The position numbers and the translations under genes were made by a program. Positions 31,209 to 45,468 of a stretch of DNA of 64,000 nucleotides are shown one piece after another. Positions within the stretch are counted from its first letter, which is position 1; each line of letters starts with the position of its first letter. The notes under the pieces were generated by a model that saw nothing but the letters and a program-made list of their open reading frames with translations, was not told where the DNA came from and did not search any database. Source of the DNA: Octopus vulgaris (Eukaryota); NCBI GenBank assembly GCA_951406725.2, contig OX597815.1:116932001-116996000 (forward strand), read 5' to 3'.

Positions 31209-34200
31209 CTGTAAATGAAATGAACACATTACAAAAATTAAAATTCTACAATATAAAAAAAAAAGGAAAAAGAAAACAGGAAAAACGTTTTACTCATTCA
31301 AATTAAAAATATTCTCTGAAATATTTATAATTATAAATTATTCTATATCTATTAATACATATATATGCTGTACATTTACTGAGATTATTTGCAAACATTT
31401 AATATAATAATGAAATTATTGTATACAGTGCTCAGGTGCACCACAACGTATAATTCTTTCTACTTTAGGCACAAAGCCTAATATTAGAGGAGGGGTGCAA
31501 ATGCTCAACTGGTACTTATTTTATCAATCCTGAACTGATGAAAGGTAAAGTCAACCTTAACAGAATTTGAACACAATTGTAAAGCCAAAAGAAATGCTTC
31601 AAGACATTTTGTCCGGCATGCTAACATTTCTGCCAGCTCACGGCTTCACAAACATTTATAACAATAAATGAGTTTAAGAAAGCATGCACATTTCTGAAAA
31701 TCAAATACTTTGGACTTGATATATAGCATTTAATTTTAAGAACAAATTTGTAAAATCATTGAGTTTTAAATTAAATTTCATGAAAGAAAAGTAAGACTAA
31801 CCCCATAATTTTCTCTTCAAGAGTTCCTCTAGTAATTAATCGATAAACATTAACAACTTTTTTCTGGCCAATTCTGTGTGCTCTGTCCATTGCCTGCAAA
31901 AGTATTAAGAAAATACCTGAGAACTCACTGAAACTAAATAATTACTTATACAAAAATGATTTTTGAAAAGGTGCAAGTATAAATTTACTGAAATTCTCTG
32001 ATTTAGTGATAAATCATTGCGTTAACCTTTATTTGAATGGCATTAAAAGTACAACTTAATGATTTTATTAACAGTACAAGAGATATCATCATCACATTTG
32101 CTTTTCTATGTTGGCAGTGTTTTACATCCAGACACCTTCCCTACATTTTTTTCATTGTCAAGCCACTGAGTGGCAGGATTTTTTGCAGCTCAGTGGTACA
32201 TAAATGCCATTGGTGCTGCTGCAAAAACACATGGAGATCAACACACTCCTGTGGAGGGTTTTTCATTGAGTCTTGAGCCCAATAATGACACTTTATGCAT
32301 TGAGAACATATAAAAATTTTATTAAACTTGACCAACATTTTTCAAGCAATGAACAATTTTCATCAAAACAATGATATAATTTGTCGACTTGCAACTTATT
32401 GCTAAGTTGCATGATAAACAACATTTTTTTGTCTTCCCATTCAGGGGTCAGTACAATTTTTTTTTCTGTCTAACCTCTTTCTTTCTCTCTCTTTTTCTGT
32501 TAATTGTTTTAAACCATCACCATCACCAGTACCACCATCATCGCCACCGCAACTGCCATATATACACCATTCAGACTTTTGATGCCACCATCAAAACCTT
32601 TGACTTCACCACTTTCCCTTCCACTACCATCACCACTGTCTTTCACATCCCTTACTATCACTGTCATGCTTGACTGCCTCAGCTACCACAACCACCATCA
32701 CCTTTATCACAACTATAGCTCATATTATCACTATCACCACATTACTATCTCAATTGTCAGTCTACTACCACCCTCACCGTCTCTATGCCTATTATTACTC
32801 TCACCCCAGCAAGAGGAGTAGAAGAAGTGTCATTAAATAGTGAGAGAGGGGGTCAAAGTGTGACACACTGACACACAGAAATTTGTTTTGGCATTTATTA
32901 TTATAGAAGACTCAAGAAGTACCAAAAATTTTGTACACAATCAGTTGCCCAGTATAATACCAATGCCTGGCTCTTGGGTGCCTTCAGCAGAGTCCACTCT
33001 GTTACAAGCATTCAAGACCAGGCCTCCACTTTCATTCTGTCCCTTCCTCTCAAGTGCCCTGAAAATAATCATGGGTACTTCCTTGAGTGTGGTCAATGCC
33101 AGTGCTGCCAGACTGGCTCCCATGCCAGTGGCACATAAAAAGCACCATTCAAACGTGGCTGATGCCAGTGTCACCTAACTGGCTCCCGTGCTAGTGGCAC
33201 ATAAAAACCAAGCATGGTTGATGTCAGTGCCACCTGACTGGCCCTCATGCCAGTGGCACATAAAAACCAACCAACTCCACTTTCAGAGTGGTTAGCATTA
33301 GGAAAGACATCCAGGTGTAGAAACCTTGCCAGATTAGATTGGAGTCTGGTGCAGCCTCTGGCTAGCCAGTCCTCAATCAAACCATCCAACCCATGCTAGC
33401 AGGGAAAGTGGACATTAAACAATGATAATGATGAAACAAGTTATTTACAAATATCATTGATAACAGAGGTAATGAAAAAGAAAACACAACAAAGAGAGCT
33501 CTATGTCAGAAAGGCATACATTTAGTGAAAAGAGCCATGTTACTAGCAGAGCTACTGCTCTATTTCACTATATGAACTGCTGCACTTTATCATCTAACGG
33601 TCGTTCACTCAATAGTGATGGTGCCATGATGAAATGAACTCAGTAGTGGTTAGTGAACAAATAGAGATGATGTGATGTTGAGAGTACCCTTTCAATTTTT
33701 TTGTGAACTAAAACTCTAATGTTCACTTTTAACATTTGTTACATTGTTATATATAAATTGTTACATTGTTATATATGTTGTACAATTAAGATTATATATG
33801 GAAACAGTAAGAAGTTTTTGTAAAGCCAAAATCTATCAATAAACTTTACCTGTAAGTCTTTCATTGGATTCCAATCATGTTCCACAAAGACAACAGTATC
33901 AGCTCCTGTGAGATTAAGGCCAAGCCCACCTACATGTGTTGTTAACAACAGTATATCTATTGAAGGATCATTGTTGAACCTAAAAATAAAAAGAAGAAAT
34001 TACTCCCTGACAAAATAAATCGAGACAAATTGAAGCAATCATCACTCTATACTCTTAGTAATATCTAGAATCAATAAAATAAATAAGATATTTGAAGAAA
34101 ATCCAAATGAAGGCTAAATCCAAACCAAAAATGTCTAAACAACATATATATTTTAATATAAACCATTCTAATTTTAGCAGGAATTGATTTCACAAGCTGG

Positions 34201-37200
34201 TTAAGCTCAACTCTCCTTATAGTTTGTATTTCTGTCAGTTAATTAGCTTATACATCAGACCTTAAGTATATTTCAATAATTCTTTGGATTACAACTTAAG
34301 ATAATTCCTCCTTTGACTCTTTTCAATTTTAATTACATATTCCTTATTTTTAACAATTTAAATATTTCCATGTCCATTGACATATTAAAATATATGACTT
34401 CCTAAATTCTAATGCTTTATGGTTCCACCTCATTAATGGCCTCTAGCTTGTGGTTCCCAACTAGTCTAACAAGATGGAAAACCTGATTTTATAATTTCCT
34501 CCTTTGGATGCCACACTTTTCTAGTATCAAACTGATTACCTGTAAAGGTGCCAGAATGACAAATTAAACAGTTTGCATAAAGTATAAAAGAATCATGTTT
34601 TCTTATTCCTGTTTAATAATATCACGTGAACATAAAACTTTTTCAACAAACTTAGAAATATTTCCATATAGGTAAAATTAGGAATTATTTAAAAAACAAA
34701 AAACTGATTTCAGCTTCATACACCATGATTAGTATAAATTATACAAAAAACAATTACTTACCTATTAACTATGCTGTGTCGAGAACCAGCTGGAATGCTA
34801 CCATCTAACCGTAGATAAGTCACATTTGGCATATGAGCTCTTAAAACAAAAACAAAAAGTGTTTAACAACAGTTCAGTTATGTCACTAAGTGTACCACAT
34901 TTTATAAAATAACACTGTGTAACAAAATTTAGATTTTTTTTTATCTTTGGTCAGTTGTTTCTCTTTAGAAATCAAAGGAAAACACTACTATTCCCTTCAA
35001 ACTTTGCTTTTGTGACCTGGACATCAATGTTTTGAAACTGACCTGTTTTCCATTACATTTTAGACAGATTCAACACTGAGTTGCTGAAGCAGAAATACTG
35101 TCGTAGCAAATATTCTGCTCACTACCACAGATTTGCTTGTTAGTTGCTTGACCTCAACCACTTGGCCATGTCCATTGGTGGCTGATAAGTGCATCTCTGA
35201 TCATGAGCAGGAGTAGTTGGGGAGCATTACTACTATGTGTTGAGAGGGGTTTTGGGGTTTGAATAAATGTAGCAAAAGCAAAGTTTGAAGGAAATATTAG
35301 CCATTTTTCATACTTTCTAAGAGTAAGCAAATAGGAAATAACAGTCACTACCCAAGGACAAATATCATGTTACACAGTGTAATGATTTCTTTAATAGTTT
35401 AGGTAAATTAGAAAACAGAGAGACTAGCTAAAAGAATATTGATATTAAAATTAAATAAAAATGATTCATAATACAAAAGATTATAAAGATGAGATAGAAA
35501 TCAATATTAGTTATAAATATCTTTACAGAATTCAAACACATTTAAAGAAATTGTAAAAGCAAAGAAACTCAAACAAGCAAATGCACTTTGTAGGAAAAAA
35601 AATGTATATACAATGTTGAATGCTAAGAGAACATGCTACTTCAGTGTTATTATAGGAGCCAAAAACTTTAAATGGCATAAATAGATACCAAAAAAATAGA
35701 TTCTAACAAAACACTTAATTTAACTTCCAATGAACAGGACAACCACAATTGAACCGGTTGATAATTTTTTGGAAAAAGACCTTAAATATAACTACATACT
35801 GCAAGCAACAAACAAACTCATCATCAAAATGTAATTTATATGCACTTTCTGACAAGTTGTGGTGCACCTGAGCACTGTATACAATAATTTCATTATTATT
35901 ATTATTATATAAAATTTGAAAATCTTATGGTAATTGGTTTAAGAACTGAAAACTAGAAATATATGTAAATAGTGCAGAATATTTACAACTGGATACCATT
36001 CTAAATACTAACTGTATAATAGAATATGAAAAAAGAGAATTTGGAACTCATATAATTAATAATTGAAAATACATATAGTAAAATTAAATTTGATTTTTAC
36101 ATCATCCAACAGATATACAAAGGAAAATATATATTGAAAGTTCAATGATATACTTACTTTAAAAGATCATTCTCAACAATATTTAACATACTTTTTAACT
36201 GACAAAACAGTAGTACCCGATGCTGGTTGACAACAGGTGTTGTTGAAGATAAATTCCCACCACTAGTCACTCCAATACCACAGTCATAAAGAAGTTGTCT
36301 ACAAAATAAAACAAGTGGAATGTTTATAAGTTTAACAACTTTACAAATTACAAGTAAATTGCAATATCTATGCATTGAATGGCGCCATTTTCACTCATAA
36401 ATTTTTTTTTTATATTTTGGTTGTTTGCTTGTTTATCTTAATACTGTTTTCATGTTGAGGAATAAATAGACAGTTTTTAGCAGTAATATCTAAAACAACC
36501 GTTTCAAATTTTGGCCTATTAAATTTTGGTGATTACATCAAATCTAGTACTTGACTGGTACTTTGTTTTATCGAATTGAAAAGGATGAAAGGAAATGTTA
36601 ACCATGACAATATCTGAACCATGAATGCAAAGGCCAGAAGAAATGCTGCGAAGCATTTTTTCTGATATGCTAACAATTCTGCCAGTTTTATAAGGCAGCC
36701 AAATAGCAGTATTGTTAGCATGCTGGGTAAAATGCTTAGTGGCATTTCGTCCGTCTTCACATTCTGAGTTCAAATTCCAACAAGGTTGATGTAACCTTTC
36801 GTCTTTCCAGGTTTGATAAAATAAGTACCAGTTGAACACTGGGGTCAATGTAATCAACCAAGGAAGTCATTCAAACACATGGCTGGGAAGTGCTGCCACA
36901 TTCACCATACTCTCCTTCAAAATTGCTGCCTTTGCACCAAAATTTATTCTTTTAAAACTGATAACTGTTGAAAGTAAAACACTGAAAGAAAAATTGTGAT
37001 GACATACTTCAAAGCTGTCAATTTTGGTGCATGTTGAATATCCTGTAAAGATGATTGTTGTGCTGAAAGCTGTTCTATAATCTCATTATATTTGGGATGC
37101 TGTGAAGATAAAACTAATGCTGGATGGTTGCATACTTTTCGCAAATACTGTAAAGCCTGAAATAAAAAGGAAAGGAAACATGTATAAGTATGTGTCAGCA

Positions 37201-40200
37201 AATTATCATATTACATAGCACATTGAGTATATATATATATATATATATATATAAATTAATCTATTCTGTTTAATAAAGCATCTGTATGCTCATCCTAAAA
37301 GGATTTCTGATAAGAGACAATTAGGACAAAATCATGACTTCTCAGAGTTGTAGCCCAAAACTGTTTTAGCACAAGCGTACAAATGTTTTCTTTGACAGGA
37401 TTTAATATTACCAATTATGAATATAGTATAGCATTAACCCTTTAGCATTTAAACCATTCATATCCAGCCAAAGTATTCTGCCTATTTTATGTTCAAACTG
37501 GCCAGATCCAGCCACTTACACCTACCCTACAATGTCATTCTAAAAATAAACAATCACATCTTTGAAATCTCAGAGCTATAAGATAATACAGGATTAATTC
37601 TATAAAATGTGAATATATAAGTATTATATTTGACAAAGTAATCTGAATGCTAAAGGGTTAAGGAAAAACAAATATGTGTAAATCAAAGGAAATGAATTAT
37701 TAAAGCATTCAGCCTGCTCTGTGGAATGGTTGGGGTTAAGAAGGGCATCCAGTCGTAAAACCATGCCAAAACAGAAACATGACAGTCTCCAGCTTGGCCA
37801 GCTGTTGTCAAACTGTCCAAGCCATGCCAGTATGGAAGGAGGAAGTTAAATGATGATGATAATGATGATTATTATTACCTTGATTACAACCGGTATCATG
37901 CAAACTGGCATGTAAAAGCACTTTGGTATCATGCCAGTGGCATGTAAAAACACCAATTACACTCTCGGAGTGGTTAGCATTAGGAAGGACATCCAGCCAT
38001 AACTAAACATGCCAAATCAGACTGGAGTCTGGTGCAGCCTTCCAGCATACCAGCCCAGTCAAACAGTCCAACTCATGCCAGCATGCACAATGGACGTATG
38101 ATGATGACAACCACACTTTATATAAATTTACAGCTCTCCATTGATACGAAATTAAATAGTATAAAAACAAAGCTGAATAAACAAAAAGTATCTTTACCTG
38201 GAAGATGTGAGTTGTACCTTGGTTAGGTTTCTGTGATTGTGTTGAAGTATTATTTAACTTTGTATTATTTGTTGATTCTTCATCTAAAGAATACACGCTT
38301 TTTTCAACATTCTTTTTGGCATGGGAACGTGTAAAGTCTTCATACAGTTTTACCTGCATTCAAAGAATTTCAGAGAAATTAGAATTAAAAAACCGAATAT
38401 TTCACTAACAGAATGGAATTAAAACGAGTTTAAAAAGCATTAAAAATTATCTTAACCTGTAATGGGCTTAAATCACAATAATAGTCCTGCATAATTTTGG
38501 GAGGTAAATCTTGTAGCACATCATCCTTTAATCTGCGTAATATAAATGGTAATACCTGCCGGTGAAGAGATTCCATTGCTAAAGCTCCTGTAAAAGGAAA
38601 GAGACAAAAAAACATAGTTATACAATTTCTTTATCTACAAATGAAATATTTTGTAACAGCAACAAAAAGCTAACAGAAATATATTGGGTTGGCAACTAAG
38701 TTCGCATCATTTTTTAAAATTTTGGAATGAGCATCTGACACCTCCTTCTTTTTGCTCTTAATCAAGATTCTAAGGCCGCAAAACTGCTCATGACATTTGT
38801 GCTGTGTAAGGAGAGGGTGCCATAGCTGAAAGAACCACTCGTGATTGGCATGTCAAGTTCAAAAATGGAAATTTTGACCTCAGAGACACACCTCGTTCTG
38901 GCTGTCCAGTTGAGTTCAAATGACAGGGGAACTGGCAGAGAAAATGGAATGCTCCCACACTACTATAGAGAAGCATCTTTACTCAATGGTAAAAGTTCAG
39001 AAGTATGGAGCATAGGTTCCGCATGCTTTAAGTAATAACAACAAAAGTCAACGAGCCACAAATATCCGCTGATTTGCTTGCTCATCACTGATCAACACAT
39101 GGACACAAACAATGATTTCTGTACTGAATTGTTACTGGTGATGAAAAATGGTGCCTGTACATCAATATGAAGCAGCGTAAGGAATGGCTTAGCCCCAGTA
39201 AACAAGTGACACTACGCATGAAACAAGATCTTCATCCACATAAAACGATGTTGTGCGTATGGTGGAACTGGGAAGGGATTATCCATTATGAATTGCTTAA
39301 ATGGAACCAAACGGTCAATGCAGAACAAATGGAATGACTCAACACGGCTATTCAAGAGAAAATGTCTAATCGGCAGCATGGAGTTCTTCTGCTGCACAAC
39401 ATCCGCCCTCATATCGCCAATATGACCAAGGAAGTCATTCAAACACATGGCTGGAAAGTGCTGCCACACCCACCATACTCTCCTGATTTGGCACCAATGG
39501 ATTTCTACCTCTTTCGATCTCTACTAATGAGGTATTGAAAATCTTGTTGAACGTTGGGAAGAAGTTGTAAATAACAAGGGTGGATACATTATTGATTAAT
39601 TAGTTATTTTTTATTAAACCTTATTAAAAATTTAAATTTAAAAAAACAGTGGCAGATGCTCAGGAGCAATAAACACTGAAAATATGCAGAGAACAACTTC
39701 CGCCACACTCCAGGGAGAAAAACTAGAAGTAGTTGATAGCTTCCATTACCTAGGTGACCAAGTCAGTAGCAGGGGAGGGTGCGCTGAAAGTGTAGCTGCT
39801 AGGATAAGAATAGCCTGAGCAAAGTTCAGAGAGCTCTTACCTCTGCTGGTGACAAAGGGCCTCCCACTCAGCCAGGCAACATGTATGCGAACAGCCATGC
39901 TACAGTGTAGTGAAACATGGGCTGTGACTGCTGAGGACATGCGTAAGCTCGCAAGGAATGAAGCCAGTATGCTCCGATGGATGTGTAATGTCAGTGTGCA
40001 TACTCGACAGAGTGTAAGTACTTTGAGAGAAAAGTTGGACCTAAGAAGCATCAGATGTGGTGTGTAAGAGAGACGACTGTGCTGGTATGGTCATGTTGCG
40101 AGAACGGATGAGGATAGCTGTGTGAAAAAGTGCCACACCCTAGCAGTTGAGGGAACCTGTGGAAAAGGCAGACCCAGGAAGACCTGGGATGAGGTGGTGA

Positions 40201-43200
40201 AGCATGACCTTCAAATATTGGGCCTCACTGAGGCAATGACTAGTGACCGGGACCTTTGGAAATATGCTGTGCTTGAGAAGACTCGGCAAGCCAAGTGAGA
40301 CCATAACATCGTGGCCTATGCCAGGGGTGTAACCAGCCCACTTATGCATACCTTTCCTTCATTGGACACTAAACTCTGCTCGTGAAGACCTGTTGAAGCA
40401 AGTGAAATCGAAATCAAATTCAATGACTGGCATCCATGCTAGTGGAGCGTAATTGTTGCCAGAGCAACAAACTGGCTTCCGTGCACGTAAAAAGCATCAT
40501 TTGAGCGTGATTGTTACCAGTGTCGCTTTACTAGCACTTGTGCTGGTGGCACGTGAAAAAACATTCGAGCGAGATCGTTGCTAGTGGCGCTGGACTGGCT
40601 CCTGTGCAGGTGGCACATAAAAAACACCATTTGAGCGTGGCCATTGCCAATACTGCCTGACTGGCCTTCATGGAGGTAGCACGTAAAAGCACCAACCACA
40701 CTCTTTGAGTGGTTGGCATTAGGAAGGGCATCCAGCTGTAGAAACACTGCCCGATCAGATTGGAGCCTGATGCAGCCATCTGGTTCACTGGACCTCAGTC
40801 AAACCGTCCAACCCATGCTAGCATGGAAAGTGGACGTTAAATGATGATAACACACAAGAAAAAATACTTAAAACCAATATTAGGAAAACTGACAACAAAA
40901 ATATAAACAAAATATACAATTTACAATTCATAGTATAACTATGACATCAAAAATAAAGAAATAAAATTATTCACTTTTCCAAAACAGGTATAGGGAGTAA
41001 TATCAAGAAAAAAAATAGATTGTCAGAAAATATACATATATATATATATATACCTGCTTCTTGTTCCTTAGATGTGCTCTTTGCATCTCTACTTTGTAAA
41101 ATTGGTTTTCCATAACGTGCTTGAAATTGTTTTTCTGTACCCAAAAAGCCAGGCATGAGAAAATCAAAAAGAGACCACAAGTCAAGCACATTATTTTGAA
41201 TTGGTGTTCCTGACAGAATGAGCCGGTGGTTGCAACATAGCTGTTTCACTGCTTTGGACAGCTGAAGATAGAGAAATTGATGCACTTCAATATTTTACTG
41301 ATACTTGTACAAATTATTTAATGAATAAGCATAGGTGTGACTCTGTGGTAAAAAGCTTATTTCCCAATCACATGGTTCCACGTTCAGTCCCATTGCATGG
41401 CACCTCAGGCAAGTGTCTTCTATTATAGCTTCAGGCTGACCAAAGCCTTGTGAGTAGATTTGGTAGATGGAAACTGAAAGAAGCCTATCATGTGCGTGTG
41501 TGTGTGTATAATGTCTATGTATTTGTGTCTTCGTGTCTGTGTTTGTCCCCCACTACTACTAGATAACCAGTGTTTACATACCCATAACTTAGCAGTTCGG
41601 CAAAAAAGACCAATAAAATAGATACCAAGCTTAACAAAAAATAAGTACTGGGAACAATTCATTCAATTAAAAATTCCTCAAAGTGGTACCCAAGCATGGC
41701 CATAGTCAAGTGACTGAAACAAGTAAAAGGTAAAAGATAAATAGAGAGCAAGGTGTATATGTATTTATTTCCCTAAGAGTAAAGTGTAGTTTGTATGATG
41801 CTTGTGTTAGAACTGCAATGCTGCATGGCAGTGAGACATGGACCGTGAATGGAGAAGACTTAAGAAGACTGAAAATGAAGTGAGCATTCTTTGTTGGATA
41901 TTTAATGTGAGTGCCTGTGAAAGAATTAGCACAGAAGTGCTTAGCACAGTTTAAGAGGAATCAGATATGTTCAAAAAACGAAGTCTGAGCTGATATGGTC
42001 ATGTGATGTGTACAAATGAGGCGAGCTGTATAAAGAAGTGCTGTTTGCTTAATATGGCTGGAATTTGCTGAAGAGGAAGACCCAGGAAGACATAGGATGA
42101 AGTAGTGAAAGTTGACCTCAGGACCTTTGAGCCTGACAGATGAGATGAAAAAGGACCAGGATCTCTGCCAATATGGGATTCTCAAAAAGACTCGCCCACA
42201 TCCGCAAGACTGAGTCCTGAAAGTGCTATTTTTTGTGTCCTCCAACCATAACAGTGACTCCTTCTCATGCACTACATCTACCTCTTCCCCTCACTCTCTC
42301 TCATCCTTTACTACTTCTGCTACTACCTCCCTCTCTCATTCTCCCTTCAACTCTATCCATTTTGGCAGTCTTTCTCATTCTCTTTCCTATACAATCTTAC
42401 AAATCACCCACCTACCCACTTCTACCCAGCTTGTGCATTGTGGGGCAACTTGGGCACCTTATCACCATTACCTGTCTTGCAGCTCCTGCTGATCATTGCC
42501 TCTTCTCACTTTTTTTTTCATACAAGGTGTAAGTAGCCACACAGATCCCTCTGCAGAGAGCTGCTCTGCCTCCCTTCTCTTTGCATGCAGCTGACCCCAC
42601 CCCGCCATCTACTCCAGGGCTTGTAGTCCTGCTGCGAACTGCATGGCGATGTCAATAGTGCAGGTGACATGAGAAAAGCACCCGGTTCATGTGGTAAAGC
42701 AGTTGACATTAGGAAGGCCATCCCACTGCAAAAAGCATGCTAAAGCAGTCACTGAAGACTGAAGCAATCCTTGGATGTATCCGTTCCTGTTAAACAGTCC
42801 AGCCCATGTCAGCATGGAACATAGGCATTAAATAATGTTGAAGATGATGATAATGAAAAATATACATTCCAACAAGGTGATTGGTACTTTAATATGGGTT
42901 TCAGGGCACAACAGGAAAACCATGATACGGCCAAACTGATGAACTCTCAACAACATTCAATACACAATAATGGTGTCTGTTTAATAGTTATCTCTGTTCA
43001 ACTAGACCTATGACATGAATACTCGGTGTATCCTGGTTTCCATGCCTTACTAATAGGAATAGTGAAAAGCTTTATTGTTGTTATGCTCTTTTCTTACTTG
43101 GAACACAAAATGATTATTCCAAAATTTCATTTAAATCTGCTAATATATCATCATCATCATCGTTTAACATCTGTTTTCCATGCTAGCATGGGTTGGACGG

Positions 43201-45425
43201 TTCGACTGGGGTCTGGGAAGCCAGGAGGCTGCACCAGGCTCCAGTCTGATCTGGCAGTGTTTTTACAGCTGGATGCCTTTCCTAACGCCAACCACTCCAT
43301 GAGTGTAGTGGGTGCTTTTTATGTGCCACCGGCATGGAAGCCAGTCAAGGTGGTGCTGGCATTGGCCACATTCAGATGGTGCTTTTTACATACCACAAGC
43401 ACAGGTATCATAACTACAATTTCCATTTGTTTTTCATTTTGATATTGATGTACTTAACTCACTAGGTCTCCTCAAGCACAGCAGGTCGCCCTACGATCCA
43501 AGGTACTTTTGAATGAGCTGGGGCTGGTTATGCGAAGCTGGTGTAGGATACAGCCATGAACTTACTTTATCTACCGGGTCTTCGTAGTCACAGCATAGAC
43601 ATCTAAAATACTTAAGACCTTAAGTAATCATCTAATAAACCTTGAATTACATTTTTCTTCATTGACCAATATGACTAGGGAAATTAATAAATCCAAATGC
43701 TCCCAGTACATTTTGTAGAATAGTTGGTAGTTGGTTTAGGAAGCGTATTCCAGCATAGGCACATGTGTGGCTGTGTGGTAAGAAGCTTGCTTCCCAATTA
43801 CATGGTTCTACTGCATAGTACTTTGTACGAGTGTTTTCTACTAAAGCTTGAGGACAACCAAAGCCTTATGAGTGGATTTCGTAGATGGAAACTGAAAGCC
43901 TGTCGTGTATGTTTGTCCCCCACCACTACTTGACAAACAGCGTTAGTTTGTTTAAGTCCCCATAACTTAGTGGTTTGGCAAAAGAGACCAACAGAATAAG
44001 TACCAGGCATTAAAAAAAATACCAGGGTTGATTCATTCGACTAAAAATTCTTCAAGGCTGTGCCCAAGCATGGCCGCAATTTAATGACTAAAATAAGTAG
44101 AAAATAAGTTTTATTCTAGACAGATCCAACCATTGCCAGCATGGAAAATGGACATTAAATAATGATGATGCTGTCTTCTTGGGAGATTATTACCTCGCTT
44201 AGAAACAGGTGGGGGTTGGCAACAATATTGGATATCCAGCTACGGCAAACTGCCCACTGCCCCAACATATTCTCAAGTAACCCACACAAACATAGAAAAG
44301 TAGACATTATTATTATGATGATGGAGGTGATGATGATGATGAAGTGCCAATTATTTAATGGATAATGCTCCTTCAACAAAAAATTAATTTGTGCCTAATC
44401 ATTATTCTGTAAAAAAACTCAGGAAGATCTGTACTCTGCAGCAGGAGTGTTAAGACTGGTCCCTCTGGTGGTGTAAATCACTTGTACGGTGCCAATTAAA
44501 AGCACCTGTTTGGTGCAATGTAAAAGCACCCGAGCAGTGCAACATAAAAGCGTCCATGTGGTATCACATAAAAGCACCCAGCATAGACCAGCACACTCTG
44601 TAAAGTGAATAGTGTTAGGAAGGGCATCCAGCTGTAGAAACCATGCCAAATCAGATTGGAGTTTGGTACAGCTCCCCAGATTGCCAGCTCTGGTCAAGTC
44701 ATCCAACCCATGCCAGCATGGAGAACAGACATTAAATGATGATGATGAATGATGATGAATTAAAATACCAAGTAAAGATTAGCTAAAAAATAGTTCTATT
44801 ATAATTCCATTAGAAAAAAATATATCTTACCTTGGTTTTACCATTCTTGATCATGTGACCTTCATCAAGAATGCAGTAATTCCAATGAATTGACCTGGAA
44901 AATCATAGATGATACTTTTTTTTTTAAATAATTCAAATTAAATTTCCTATTTCACAAGAATATTTTGTTAAATAAAAATTACAAGTTAAATACGATTTTA
45001 AAAAAACTCATTCAATAATTAATGAAGAACAATTTCTTTTAAATCAATAACTATGCTAATGAGCTTTTCTGAGATTGCTGATTTCAAGTTCACTCCCTAT
45101 GGTTCTAAATTTGTATATCAGTCAAGGTTCACTAATTCTTTCATGCAGTGAGGTAGATAGTAGTGGTACACCAAAACAAATTGTACTGAGAGAAATCAAA
45201 CCTAAATTACATCAAAAATTACTTGAGGGATAAACAAAAATGTAATTTGGGCCCATTCTGAAGCACTTGAGCAACATTGAAAAATGAAAGTAAGGATCTT
45301 TCAAAATTTCCACAGCCAGGAAAGCCTAGTATCAATTATAAATGATTGTTCAACTCACAAAATATAAGTAAAAAGAATAAAGAAAAAGTTTAAAAAAAGG
45401 TATTAGTAAAGAAATAATAAGAACA

Positions 45426-45468
<43 letters not shown>

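Noticed and set aside
33065-33300. Repeat-spacer-like units resembling a CRISPR array
   Set aside because: Eukaryotic intron, spacers are similar to each other, units belong to a LINE 3' UTR, no cas genes
35850-35908. Short repeat with (ATT)n tail, inverted copy at ~31400-31447
   Set aside because: Probably the extreme 3' end of another retroelement; too short to classify
43026-43442. 138-aa ORF and similar ORFs with [11 protein letters not shown]-like text at many loci
   Set aside because: Recurrent antisense translation of the non-coding RTE tail, not a gene family
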